A stretch of 64,000 bases of DNA, from the NCBI GenBank assembly GCA_038065235.1, contig JBBTRK010000005.1, forward strand, positions 22,389-86,388, written 5' to 3'. The position numbers were made by a program, and so were the translations under genes. Positions 29,609 through 39,002 of this stretch are shown piece by piece. Position 1 is the stretch's first letter, and the number at the start of each line of letters is the position of its first letter. The stretch comes from Patescibacteria group bacterium. GTDB lineage: Bacteria > Patescibacteriota > Patescibacteriia > PEXW01. The notes below the pieces were generated by a model that saw only the letters and a program-made list of their open reading frames with translations, had not been told where the DNA came from and did not search any database.

Positions 29609-31684
29609 TTAGGTTTGCAGTTTCTGACGTCGACGTTCCAGAACGTACCCGGCAATAAGGATGACAATTGAAATACCACTCACGAGCCCGCCCATAGCGA
29701 GGCTCTTGGGTTGATACGAGAACGTCACGGTATGTGCACCCGTAGGCACAACTGCACCCAGGAATGTCGCATTTACTTGGAGTGGTTTAAATTTTTTTCC
29801 ATCCACGTTCACGTACCATCCTGGGTAAAACTGAAGGTTCGTTACGACGACCGTATTCCCCGTCGTGACGACGTTGAGCTTGAGGGCGGAGGTTTTACGA
29901 TGCACGACGCGGACGGTTGCCGTTGCGTTTGGGTCAATGACTGGGGGAATCCCAGCGACGAGTGCCTGAAATTTTAGATCGATTTCCTGTATTGCAGCAG
30001 GTCGAGTGGTTGCGACTAACTTCTGCACCGTATGGATCGGTTCTGGTTGATTGTTTGGTTTTGCCAACGTCCAAGACCCTTGTGTCGTGATTGCATGCCA
30101 ACCTGCAGGCAGTGGTTGGAGTGTGAGGAGGCTATCCACGCCAGTTACCTCTAGAACATTCGGGTTCGGATCGTGAATGACGAGTTGGTACTTCTTCACG
30201 ACAATGCTGTTCGTCCGCCATAGGTCGAGGTACAGCTGTGGGTAGAGCGAGTCGTAGCCAAGCACCGTTGGGATGTTGTATGGCATGAACTGGTCCAGAT
30301 CACTATCTTTTGCCCACATCCGGGATTGGGTTTGCAACGCCGCGTCGCGCAGGATAGAAGACTGCGGGTACAAGTTTGCAGCTGGTCCGAACGGGATCAC
30401 GTGTTGCCACTGCCAGAGCCCTGTGACGATGAGCCCGGTGACGGCTGCTGCACCGATCCACCGACGTTTCTGACCGAGCCATTCGATTCCCAATCCTGCT
30501 AGCACTGCCGCACCGAACGTGAGGAAGAACGAGAATCGCCAGACCGATGCGAGCGAGAGCGGGGGGATTGGCTTCCCGACAAGTAAGCCCTTTAGTGTTG
30601 GAAAGGCGATGAACAAACAGACAAGTATGACCATGCCTGCGGCGACACGCCACAGACGCCGGCGCCACATAACGAACGAGAGTAGACCGAGGAGTATAAC
30701 GACAGGACCCACGTAGAGGTTACCTTCGAGGTAGTTAGCCGGACCGCGGAAGTCTGAGTTGAAACCCAAGATGTTCGGGTCAACGACTGTTGCGAAGGCA
30801 CGGACGTTTCGGCTCTCAAGCTGGAAGAGATTTTTCGGATTGAGGAGGTAAGACCAGGTTTTGGGGCTGGCTTGGCGGTATGCTTGCTGCGATGCTTCGT
30901 AGTTCGGGATGAGCTGAACCGAAGCGAGGCCGAGGCCCAAGGCGAAGGCGAGCATGAAGAGTACCAGCCGTCTCTTCCATTGTGCCTTTTGCCAGAACGT
31001 GAGTGACCAAATGCCGGCAACGAGCAGCACGAGGAGTGCGACTTGGACTTGCCCACTGAGCACAGTCGCGGCGCAGAGTGCGGCGAGGCCAATGACCCAG
31101 CGCCAGGTGAGTGTGCGGTGTAGGCCATGAATTGCCCAGAGGAGCCACGGGAGGAACGCGACGACTGCGCTCATGATCCCAGTCGTGCTCCAGAGAATGA
31201 ATGGCGCACTGAGGATGAACGCAACTGCTGCGAAGAGGCGCGATGCGCGACGCCAGCCCCAGGCGCCGGCGCACAGGTAGAGCCCAAGCCCACCCAGGAG
31301 AAACTGTGAGAGGATGGTGAGCGTGAAGCTCACGGCTGGTGGGAATCCCCACCAGAGCGCCTTTACTGGTGAGAGGACGCCGGCTTGACCATTGGCGAAG
31401 AACGGAATCCCGCTGAAGGTGAGCGGGTTCCACAGTGGGAAGGTGCCCTGGTGAAGCATCGTGCTCGTGAATGCGTGGTACGGGTACGCTTGCACCAGTG
31501 CATCGCGGAGGAACGCCGTATCTACACTCGCCGTCGTCTGCAGGGGCATGAGCGTCGGGAGCGAGTCAACGGCAAGGGGTACGTACCCACGGAGCACTGG
31601 GCCGAAGAGGAAGAGCGTTACGCCGAGTATTACAACGACCGCAATGATTGGTCCGCGTCGGCAAAAGGTGATTAAGCGTGACAT
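29609..31684 (-). CDS. YfhO-family GT-C membrane glycosyltransferase
   Basis: PLWNP..FSG.PF, many TM helices, C-terminal YPGW...VDG...G..V..G.H.V.F.Y.P. Confidence 0.88.
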   Translation of the reverse strand: MSRLITFCRRGPIIAVVVILGVTLFLFGPVLRGYVPLAVDSLPTLMPLQTTASVDTAFLRDALVQAYPYHAFTSTMLHQGTFPLWNPLTFSGIPFFANGQAGVLSPVKALWWGFPPAVSFTLTILSQFLLGGLGLYLCAGAWGWRRASRLFAAVAFILSAPFILWSTTGIMSAVVAFLPWLLWAIHGLHRTLTWRWVIGLAALCAATVLSGQVQVALLVLLVAGIWSLTFWQKAQWKRRLVLFMLAFALGLGLASVQLIPNYEASQQAYRQASPKTWSYLLNPKNLFQLESRNVRAFATVVDPNILGFNSDFRGPANYLEGNLYVGPVVILLGLLSFVMWRRRLWRVAAGMVILVCLFIAFPTLKGLLVGKPIPPLSLASVWRFSFFLTFGAAVLAGLGIEWLGQKRRWIGAAAVTGLIVTGLWQWQHVIPFGPAANLYPQSSILRDAALQTQSRMWAKDSDLDQFMPYNIPTVLGYDSLYPQLYLDLWRTNSIVVKKYQLVIHDPNPNVLEVTGVDSLLTLQPLPAGWHAITTQGSWTLAKPNNQPEPIHTVQKLVATTRPAAIQEIDLKFQALVAGIPPVIDPNATATVRVVHRKTSALKLNVVTTGNTVVVTNLQFYPGWYVNVDGKKFKPLQVNATFLGAVVPTGAHTVTFSYQPKSLAMGGLVSGISIVILIAGYVLERRRQKLQT

Positions 31685-31753
31685 ACAATAAGCCTAGGGG
31701 ATTTCTTACGCAGCGACAAACGATCAGTCGTCAGATAATGGCGACTATTCGTC

Positions 31754-31829
31754 TGGCGGACCCGAAGGGAATCGAACCCTCGATCTTCTCCGTGACAGGG
31801 AGACGTGTTAACCGCTACACTACGGGTCC
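31754..31829 (-). tRNA. tRNA-Asp(GTC)
   Basis: GGACCCGTAGTGTAGCGGTTAACACGTCTCCCT-GTC-ACGGAGAAGATCGAGGGTTCGATTCCCTTCGGGTCCGCCA; cloverleaf with encoded CCA. Confidence 0.97.
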
Positions 31830-31888
31830 AAATTTAAAGCTAGGCGATTGTAGCACGCTCACTTGAGCATGCCAAGTATAACCCTTAC

Positions 31889-33481
31889 TTACTCAGCATT
31901 CTGTAGTAATCGAAAATTTACTGAACGAAGGAGGATTCTCCCTGGGAGTGGTGGTATATCGCGTTTTACCCCTTCAAGCACCAGGGCGCCCTTTGGAATT
32001 TCTTTTGGTGCTCCTTGGAGCTTCGTCCCAGGTTCATTCCCAAGGTAGTAGAGGACGGTTGGCTCGTGGTCTAGGAAAATATTCTCGAGGTAGAGCGTTG
32101 CTGGTTTTTCCCGTTGGACTACAGTACGTGCTTCGCGCAGGAGGGGCTCACCTCGCGTAAGGGTGAATTCAGTTTTTTGGCCGAGGAGCGCGATGCACCC
32201 AATCCACAGGACGAGCGCGGTAACCATGGTACGCCACAGCCATAACCATTGGCGTTTGCGTGCAAGAACGGTAATTCCTATGACTGCGCCAACGGCGATT
32301 AGCGCTACGACCAGGCGCGTCGTGGTGTTCATCCAGCCGCCGACGTATTGCTCTGGCACGAGCCAGCGGCCAATGCCATTCCGGTCCACCATGCTCGGCA
32401 AGCGGCGAACGAACGTGAACACGCCCCAGCAAAGTAACCCGACGAATGGCCAACGAGTCGGCCAGCTGAACCATTTGGGAATCCACATGCCAATTATAAG
32501 TGCCAGGACAGGGTAGACCGGCAGTAGGTACCAGTCCGTTTTCGTGGCATTGATCGAGACGATCGCGGAGGTGACGACGAGGAAGAGCACCCAGAGGAGC
32601 ACGAGCTGGTCTCGCTTTTTCGCGAGTCGACCGAGTGACCAGACTAAAGCCGGGATGGCGAATGCAGCGAGTGGGAACGCGCGCTTCAGGAAGATGCCCC
32701 AGTACCAGTCTGGTCCGGCCGTGAAGCCGTAGAGGTTCTTCGATGCGCGAGTAATAATATCCTCGTTTACGTACTCCTGGATGAAGGCGCCGCCGCGAAT
32801 AGCAAGTTGTACCAGGATCCACGGTGCAACAATGAGGACGCCCAGGCCAATGGTTTGGAGCCAAACTTTTATGGGGTACAGTCGGAAGCGTTTGGTGAGC
32901 AGGAGGTGCAGGAGTATTGCCGCGCCCGCAAAGCCAACTGCCGTGAATTTCGTCAGGAAGGTGAGACCGAGCGCGATTGCCGTCAGCAAGAGCCAGCGGG
33001 GTTTCAACCAGCTGCGCCAGTACGACCACAGGGCGAGCAGGGAGAAGAACGTGAGCAAGCCGTCGGTCTCCCCAGTGCGGAAGGCGTGGTAGAAGAGGTA
33101 CCGGCCGCTCAGGAAAGCCAGCGTCGTAAACCACATTGCGGTATTCTTTTGCGTCGCCTGCCAGGCCCACAGCGCGATGAGCATGGTGGTGAGCACGCCT
33201 GCAGTCGCAGACCAGAAACGGATAGTCCACTCATTCTCACCGAACGCCGCGCTCACCACTCCCTGCAGCCAGAAGCGGAGCGGCGGCTTGCGAAAGTACG
33301 GTTCGTGGTTCCAGGTGAGCTCCAACCAGTCGCCAGACTGCAGCATCTCGTGTGTCACCTGTGCGTGGATGGCTTCGTCCCATTTTTCCAAGGGGTTGCT
33401 GCCAAGGCGCCAGAAGAAGAAACCGCCGGCCAATACGGCAATAGCGATGAAGGAGATTAGGGTATGGCGGGGGAGTGACAT
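31889..33481 (-). CDS. ArnT/PMT-family (GT-C) glycosyltransferase
   Basis: WDEA.HA....EM..SGDW, KPPL..W, EW.IR..SA, D..LTFF, FLTK, YLLP.YP. Confidence 0.92.
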   Translation of the reverse strand: MSLPRHTLISFIAIAVLAGGFFFWRLGSNPLEKWDEAIHAQVTHEMLQSGDWLELTWNHEPYFRKPPLRFWLQGVVSAAFGENEWTIRFWSATAGVLTTMLIALWAWQATQKNTAMWFTTLAFLSGRYLFYHAFRTGETDGLLTFFSLLALWSYWRSWLKPRWLLLTAIALGLTFLTKFTAVGFAGAAILLHLLLTKRFRLYPIKVWLQTIGLGVLIVAPWILVQLAIRGGAFIQEYVNEDIITRASKNLYGFTAGPDWYWGIFLKRAFPLAAFAIPALVWSLGRLAKKRDQLVLLWVLFLVVTSAIVSINATKTDWYLLPVYPVLALIIGMWIPKWFSWPTRWPFVGLLCWGVFTFVRRLPSMVDRNGIGRWLVPEQYVGGWMNTTTRLVVALIAVGAVIGITVLARKRQWLWLWRTMVTALVLWIGCIALLGQKTEFTLTRGEPLLREARTVVQREKPATLYLENIFLDHEPTVLYYLGNEPGTKLQGAPKEIPKGALVLEGVKRDIPPLPGRILLRSVNFRLLQNAE

Positions 33482-33563
33482 GGGGGAATTGTACCACTCC
33501 ATCATTGAATATAAACCAAGCGCACCCACGGAGAGGTGCGCTCGGGCTAAAATTTAGGGTAAA

Positions 33564-33905
33564 TTACTTCGTTTCCTCGACGATCTTGGTGAATGCCTTG
33601 GGTTCGTGCTCGGCCAGGTAGGCCAGGATTTTCCGGTCCAGCTCCACGTGCGCCTGCTTCAGGCTGTGCATGAGTTTGGAATAAGTCGTGTCGTTCAAGC
33701 GGGCGGCGGCGTTGATCTTAATCTGCCACAGGCTGCGGGCTTCGCGCTTCTTCAGGCGGCGGTGGATGTAGGCGTAGCGGCCGGCTTTGCGGACGGCAAC
33801 TTTGGCCAGCTTGATGCTGGACTTGCGCTTCCAGCGGTAGCCCTTCGCTCGGGAGAGGAGGTTCTTGCGGTGCTTGACGTGGTGGGTGCCTCGTTTGACG
33901 CGCAT
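33564..33905 (-). CDS. rplT: 50S ribosomal protein L20
   Basis: MRVKRG...AKGY...LW..INAAAR...YS.....L....LDRKILA. Confidence 0.98.
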   Translation of the reverse strand: MRVKRGTHHVKHRKNLLSRAKGYRWKRKSSIKLAKVAVRKAGRYAYIHRRLKKREARSLWQIKINAAARLNDTTYSKLMHSLKQAHVELDRKILAYLAEHEPKAFTKIVEETK

Positions 33906-33908
33906 AGG

Positions 33909-34106
33909 TTAGGCGTAGGGAGTGAGCTCACGAACTGCGCGCTCGTTGGTCTTGTGTGCCAACTTATCGCGGCGCTTGTTGCGGGTAATGTTGCCAGACT
34001 CACGGGCGTTGAAGTGGTCTTGGCCCGCGGCACGGCGAAGCAGCTTCCCCGTACCAGTCCGGCGGAAGCGCTTGGCTGTTGCTTTATGCGTCTTAATCTT
34101 CGGCAT
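33909..34106 (-). CDS. rpmI: 50S ribosomal protein L35
   Basis: MPKIKTHKATAKRF..TGTGK. Confidence 0.98.
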   Translation of the reverse strand: MPKIKTHKATAKRFRRTGTGKLLRRAAGQDHFNARESGNITRNKRRDKLAHKTNERAVRELTPYA

Positions 34107-34242
34107 AGGTATCGAATCTACCCCGTTTGGCGGGGTTCGTCAAGGGTGAGCGGAGAGATCCCGCCAGAAGCGTATTGCAGTGTGCCGGCGGGATGATGCT
34201 TCGGTCAGACTTTCATTCACAAAACGCTTTACCACCGAAGCA

Positions 34243-34755
34243 TCACTTCTTTCTCCGAATCAGGGCAGTGAGCCGCCCGCCCATGGAGCTCATGGGGGAA
34301 TCAACGACCACCCCTTCCCCGAGGCTGGTCACGAAGTCTTTCATGATTTGGCGAGCCAGGTCCATACGGGCTTTCTCGCGACCCCGCAGGATCATTTCCA
34401 GCTTCACTCGGTCACCTTGCTCGAAGAATTTCAGCGATTGGCTGCGGCGCATGTCCAGGTCGTGGGCGCCAATCTTCAAGGACAGGCGGATACCTTTAAT
34501 CTCCGATACCTTCATTTTCGCCTTCTGCTTCCGCTCAGCTTTCTCTTGCTGGTAGAGGTACGAGCCCCAGTCAATGATCTTACAGATCGGTGGGTTGGCC
34601 CGAGGGTTCACCTCAACCAGGTCGAGCTCTTGCTCTTTCGCTTGCCGAAGCGCTTGTTCGGTTGGCATTTTGCCAATGAACTTCCCCTCCGCATCAATAA
34701 TCTGGACTTCTGGTATACGAATTTGGAGATTGATGCGGAAACGTTTAGTACTAAT
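34243..34755 (-). CDS. infC: Translation initiation factor IF-3 (probable AUU start)
   Basis: Frame extends upstream of the track ATG to ATT 34755: ISTKRFRINLQIRIPEVQIID..G; LDLVEV.P.A.PPICKI.D. Confidence 0.95.
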   Translation of the reverse strand: MSTKRFRINLQIRIPEVQIIDAEGKFIGKMPTEQALRQAKEQELDLVEVNPRANPPICKIIDWGSYLYQQEKAERKQKAKMKVSEIKGIRLSLKIGAHDLDMRRSQSLKFFEQGDRVKLEMILRGREKARMDLARQIMKDFVTSLGEGVVVDSPMSSMGGRLTALIRRKK

Positions 34756-34896
34756 ACGCGTCGGGGGTTAGGAAACGAGATGGATAGAGTATAGCAGAGA
34801 ACTGATACTTTTCGACAAGGCTGCTACCACAAAAATCTTTTTTCTGGATTGGAATAGAAAGACCCCGTGACAATTGTCATCGGGGTCAAAGGTGCT

Positions 34897-35121
34897 TTAC
34901 GCGGCGAATGTGTGTGTGCCGTACTTCGGACTGCAGTGCGGGCAACGGCGATGGATTATGCCATTACCCCAGCCCATTTTTTTCAAGAATTCAGCATGTT
35001 TTTCGTTGCGTATGCGGTCCTGCTCTTCCCTTGGAAGTTTTTGGAATGCCTCACATGCTTCTTGGAATTGTCTGATACAGGCACGAGTCGCCTCGTGTTC
35101 TTCCGGTGTTAATTCAGGCAT
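34897..35121 (-). CDS. Small hypothetical protein with CPHC motif
   Basis: RBS AAAGGAGG; downstream hairpin at 34861-34887. Confidence 0.6.
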   Translation of the reverse strand: MPELTPEEHEATRACIRQFQEACEAFQKLPREEQDRIRNEKHAEFLKKMGWGNGIIHRRCPHCSPKYGTHTFAA

Positions 35122-35186
35122 TATTGCCTCCTTTGGTTTGTGACCTAAGTATACACCGGCTACAAAAAGACTTTAAGCGCAGTGAA

Positions 35187-35456
35187 TTATGCTTTACCCA
35201 ACGATTCCTTCAATATTGTCCGCAACGCGACTTTGCCTTTCGTCGTCTTGAAGTAGGCTTCGCGCCGTCGGGCTTCTGCGGCAGTTAGAAAACCTTCAAA
35301 GAAAATGAGTTTCAGTGGTCGGCGATTTGCCGTTGAAACGTTTTGGCCTGCGTTGTGGGCTTTCAGGCGTTCAGCCACGTCGCCGGTATATCCGATGTAG
35401 AGTTTTCGGTCCCTGAGGCTTTGGAGTACGTAGACGTAGCAAAAGTTTTCGTGCAT
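35187..35456 (-). CDS. Stand-alone GIY-YIG nuclease
   Basis: YVYVLQS.....YIG.T.D...RL..HN.G...ST..RRP.......E......A..RE...K. Confidence 0.93.
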   Translation of the reverse strand: MHENFCYVYVLQSLRDRKLYIGYTGDVAERLKAHNAGQNVSTANRRPLKLIFFEGFLTAAEARRREAYFKTTKGKVALRTILKESLGKA

Positions 35457-35477
35457 ACAAGCATTATAACGGAAGAG

Positions 35478-35625
35478 CCCCGCACCAGTCGCTACTCGCC
35501 TTGCGGCGAGGCTCCGGTGCAGGGCATGAACCACTCGTCACACTTTCATGGCTGGTCACTCTTCAGAAATTGGTACTGTACTAGAGTGGCTCGCCATGAA
35601 CCCGAGCGAAGCGAGTGGTTCATGG
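35478..35625. repeat. REP-like hairpins between the tmRNA 3' end and the GIY-YIG gene
   Basis: GCCCCGCACC...GGTGCAGGGC; ATGAACCACTC...GAGTGGTTCAT inverted pair. Confidence 0.6.
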
Positions 35626-36026
35626 TGGAGATGAGGGGTCTTGCGCCCCTGTCTAGAATGCGGCGGGCAGGTGGTCTACAGGTGTAGGGCGTTCACGGGT
35701 GTTTCGATTGTGCCGCATGGAGCGCCCAAGCTCGGCAGAATCTAGTGGAGGTGATTTTCGGTTGCGCTGTTACCACACCCACGCAACCTACGCCTGAATT
35801 ATGACACTCGCAATTCCCGCGCCAGGCCGCGGGGCGAATGGGTTATCGGTTTTTAAGCGAGAACCGGAGCAAAGCTGGGCATTGCGAACGCGTTAGCGAA
35901 CGCAGTCTTCACTTTGCTGACAATGTTATTGGCAGTTGTCAATTTGTCCAGCAGTTTCACGCCGTGCCGAACGAGGGCGACCCGCACACTTACCGTAATG
36001 CAATCTATCAACTAATGGACATCCCC
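35623..36026 (-). ncRNA. ssrA: tmRNA (SsrA)
   Basis: 5' GGGGATG pairs with 3' CATCTCC-ACCA (G3:U alanine identity); tag ORF ANNIVSKVKTAFANAFAMPSFAPVLA* at 35933-35853; adjacent to smpB. Confidence 0.93.
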
Positions 36027-36093
36027 GAGGAGATTGTTAGTGATAACATGCTCTTCGTGGACGTTCAATGCTTATACTTTATGTTGCGCTGAC

Positions 36094-36165
36094 AGAGAAC
36101 CAAGAACTGAGAACCGTGAACCAGAAAGTTCGGTTCTAAGTTCTTTGTTTTGTGTTCAAAGTTCT
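36094..36165. repeat. Inverted pair of heptamer tandem arrays
   Basis: AGAACCA AGAACTG AGAACCG TGAACCA ... GGTTCTA AGTTCTT TGTTTTG TGTTCAA AGTTCT. Confidence 0.7.
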
Positions 36166-36616
36166 ATCCCTTCTGCCGCATGGCGCGGGCGACGTCGCGG
36201 GCAACTTCACGTTTCTTTATGGACGACCGTTTATCGTGCGCTTTTTTTCCGCGCGCCAGGCCGACGCCGACTTTCACCAAACCTCGGTAGGTAAAGAATT
36301 TTAGCGGGATAAGCGTGCAGCCCGCGCTATGCATCTTGCCAATGAGGCTGGCAATCTCGTTGCGCTTCATGAGCAACCGACGATCACGATCTGGGACGTA
36401 GTGTGTCTGCACCGCGGCGGCCGGTTTGTATGGGCCGATGAACGCGTGCACCAGCCATAGGCTGCTCTCCCGTAAGCTCACATAGGCACCCTGCAGGCTC
36501 ACGTTGCCGCCCTTCACACTCTTCACCTCGGGGCCGGTTAGGGCAATACCCGCATCGTACGATTCCAGGATGTCGTAGTTAAAGGTAGCTTTTTTGTTGC
36601 GGGCGAGCTGGGGCAT
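36164..36616 (-). CDS. smpB: SsrA-binding protein SmpB
   Basis: NKKATFNY...Y.AGI.L.G.EVKS, R.RRLL, G.TLIPL, ARGKK.HDKR. Confidence 0.97.
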   Translation of the reverse strand: MPQLARNKKATFNYDILESYDAGIALTGPEVKSVKGGNVSLQGAYVSLRESSLWLVHAFIGPYKPAAAVQTHYVPDRDRRLLMKRNEIASLIGKMHSAGCTLIPLKFFTYRGLVKVGVGLARGKKAHDKRSSIKKREVARDVARAMRQKG

Positions 36617-36712
36617 AGAAGCAGTATAGCGCAGGTGTTCACGCCTGCGGGATAGAATAGCGGCCCGTGTCCTGGTGGGGAGCACGGGCCGACTGTTTAT
36701 TGTTTTTCTGCG

Positions 36713-37144
36713 TCAGGCGGCGATGGCACGATTGTGCAGAATGACCGGCGAGGAGTGGTTGCGCAACGTGCGCTCCAGGCTCCGTAGGTCGTCAGCGAAC
36801 TTGTACGCGGTGACGAATACTCCGTGGACATCGACTCCTAGATCTTCTTTGGCGTGCATACGGCACTGCGGTGATGCCTTACACTCCGCCGCAATGAGCA
36901 GGAGCTGGGCTCCAACCGGCTTACTATAGCCAAATGAGTGTAGGTAGATACGGTGGTCGTCACCAAGACAGGTTTTCGCCGTGTGCGTGAGGGCGAAGGT
37001 GGCGCGCTTCAGATCGATTGGATGCCCTTCGGTGCTGGGCTCAGGAAAATCTTCGTACTTTTCAAAACGGCAATTTCCATGATGTTGCATGTAGTTCCTG
37101 ATACCTTCGAAGAACTCCACAACGGATTGACGGTTTCTTGCCAA
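36713..37144 (-). CDS. Hypothetical protein
   Basis: AAGGAG RBS before TTG; 143 aa filling the gap between smpB and argS. Confidence 0.6.
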   Translation of the reverse strand: MARNRQSVVEFFEGIRNYMQHHGNCRFEKYEDFPEPSTEGHPIDLKRATFALTHTAKTCLGDDHRIYLHSFGYSKPVGAQLLLIAAECKASPQCRMHAKEDLGVDVHGVFVTAYKFADDLRSLERTLRNHSSPVILHNRAIAA

Positions 37145-37247
37145 AACTGAACTCCTTTTGTTTTAGGTTTGGGCGTGACTGCGCACTTTAGGATATAGCT
37201 GTCGTCCTGTCAAGAGTCGAGTAACCTCTACGTGGTATACTCAGGCC

Positions 37248-38861
37248 ATGAACGTCCGCAAAGAACTACAAGAACTCATCACCAAGGTTGCCGGTGGTAC
37301 GCAAGCCAAAATTGAGCGCACGCCGCGACCAGATTTCGGCGACTATGCGACGAACGTTGCACTAGGATTGGCGAAGGTGGAAAATCAGAAGCCACATGAT
37401 ATTGCCGCAAAGCTCTCCGAGAAAGTTACTGCTCCGTACATCGCGAAGGTCAGTGTTGCTGGTCCGGGTTTCCTTAATATTACCCTGGACGACGCATGGC
37501 TTGTGGCGAAGGTAAAAGTGTTTGCGAAGTCTGCATCGTCACTCGTGAAGAGTACCGAGCATAAAGGCAAGCACGTGCACTTGGAGTTCATTTCTGCAAA
37601 CCCCACGGGTCCGTTGACCTTGGCGAATGCGCGCGGTGGCTTCCTGGGCGACGTGCTGGGTAACGTGCTACAACGTACCGGCTACAAAGTCTACCGCGAG
37701 TATTACGTCAACGACCGCGGTAACCAGGTGAGCGTGCTGGCCGAGTCTGTGCTGCGCCGGTACTTTCAGCAGCAGGGGATTACCATCGACTACCCGGAGA
37801 CGTGCTACCAGGGCGTGTACATCGACGAGCTCGCCCGCAAGCTGAAGCTGCCCAACTACAAGATGACGGACGTGGCCAAGCTCAACGATATCCGCGACAA
37901 GATAAAGGATAAGGTTGTGGCCATCATGCTCAAGGAGCTCCAGCGTGTTGTTGCAAAGAGTATGAGCATTACGTTCGATAATTGGCTTTCAGAAAAAGCC
38001 CTGGTTGCTACGGGCATCGTGGAAAAACTTTTGGCCACGTTCAAAGCCAAGGGTTTGATTTTTGAAAAAGACGGTGCCACATGGCTGGCCACGACAAAGT
38101 TCGGTGACGATAAAGATCGGGTGCTCATAAAAAAGGATGGTGAGATGACGTATTTCCCGCCGGACATTGCCAACCACTACTTAAAGTTCACCAAGCACAA
38201 GGCAGACGTTGCTATTAACATCCTGGGTGCAGACCACCACGGCTACATTGGCCGAATGGCTGCGGCGATTGCGGGTATGGGTATCGACCCCAAGAAATTC
38301 CAGCCAATCATCATTCAGTTCGTGCGGCTCATCCGCGACGGGCAAGAGGTGAAGATGTCCAAGCGGCGGGGGACGTACGTGGAAGCTGAGGAAATCGTGC
38401 AGGAGGTCGGCCTGGATGCCGCACGGTTCTTCTTCCTCATGTACGACGTGAATTCGCACATGGATTTCAACCTCGACGTGGCGAAGGAGCGGAGCGAGAA
38501 GAACCCGGTGTACTACGTGCAGTATGCCCACGCCCGCATCTGCAGCATCCTGGCCAAGGTGAAGGCACTGCCCGCGGCGAAATTAAAACCCGGAGCATTG
38601 CACCCCTCGGCGCGGAAGCTTATACTGGAACTCCTCCGTTGGCCTGAAGTGCTAGAAGACGTGAGCCGCGACTACGGCGCGCAACGCATCCCGCAGTACG
38701 CGCTCGACCTCGCCCGGACGTTCCACGATTTCTACACGCAAGTGCGGGTGATTGATAACGACAGAGTGCAACCATTGCCCCTCACGCTCACCCGCGCGAC
38801 GAAGAATGTGCTCGAAGATGTCCTCGAAACGCTCGGCATCACTGCGCCGGTGAAGATGTGA
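37248..38861 (+). CDS. argS: Arginine--tRNA ligase
   Basis: FGDYATN, AGPGFLN, EFISANPTGPL, GADHHGY, KMSKRRG, YVQYAHARICS. Confidence 0.98.
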   Translation: MNVRKELQELITKVAGGTQAKIERTPRPDFGDYATNVALGLAKVENQKPHDIAAKLSEKVTAPYIAKVSVAGPGFLNITLDDAWLVAKVKVFAKSASSLVKSTEHKGKHVHLEFISANPTGPLTLANARGGFLGDVLGNVLQRTGYKVYREYYVNDRGNQVSVLAESVLRRYFQQQGITIDYPETCYQGVYIDELARKLKLPNYKMTDVAKLNDIRDKIKDKVVAIMLKELQRVVAKSMSITFDNWLSEKALVATGIVEKLLATFKAKGLIFEKDGATWLATTKFGDDKDRVLIKKDGEMTYFPPDIANHYLKFTKHKADVAINILGADHHGYIGRMAAAIAGMGIDPKKFQPIIIQFVRLIRDGQEVKMSKRRGTYVEAEEIVQEVGLDAARFFFLMYDVNSHMDFNLDVAKERSEKNPVYYVQYAHARICSILAKVKALPAAKLKPGALHPSARKLILELLRWPEVLEDVSRDYGAQRIPQYALDLARTFHDFYTQVRVIDNDRVQPLPLTLTRATKNVLEDVLETLGITAPVKM

Positions 38862-39002
38862 CGTTTCGGTGCAACCAATGTTTTCTCCAAAGTGTACTAT
38901 TTCCCGAAACGTCATCCCGCAGGCAGCTTGATGCAAAAATTCTTGCGGGATCTCGGCCTGTGCTATCCTGAACTCATCCCTCGCAGCTCATCCGATAGAA
39001 GT

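Noticed and set aside
34116-34196. Hairpins between infC and rpmI as an L20 regulatory element
   Set aside because: They look like generic CCCGCC/GGCGGG repeats; I cannot match them to a known L20 leader by eye.
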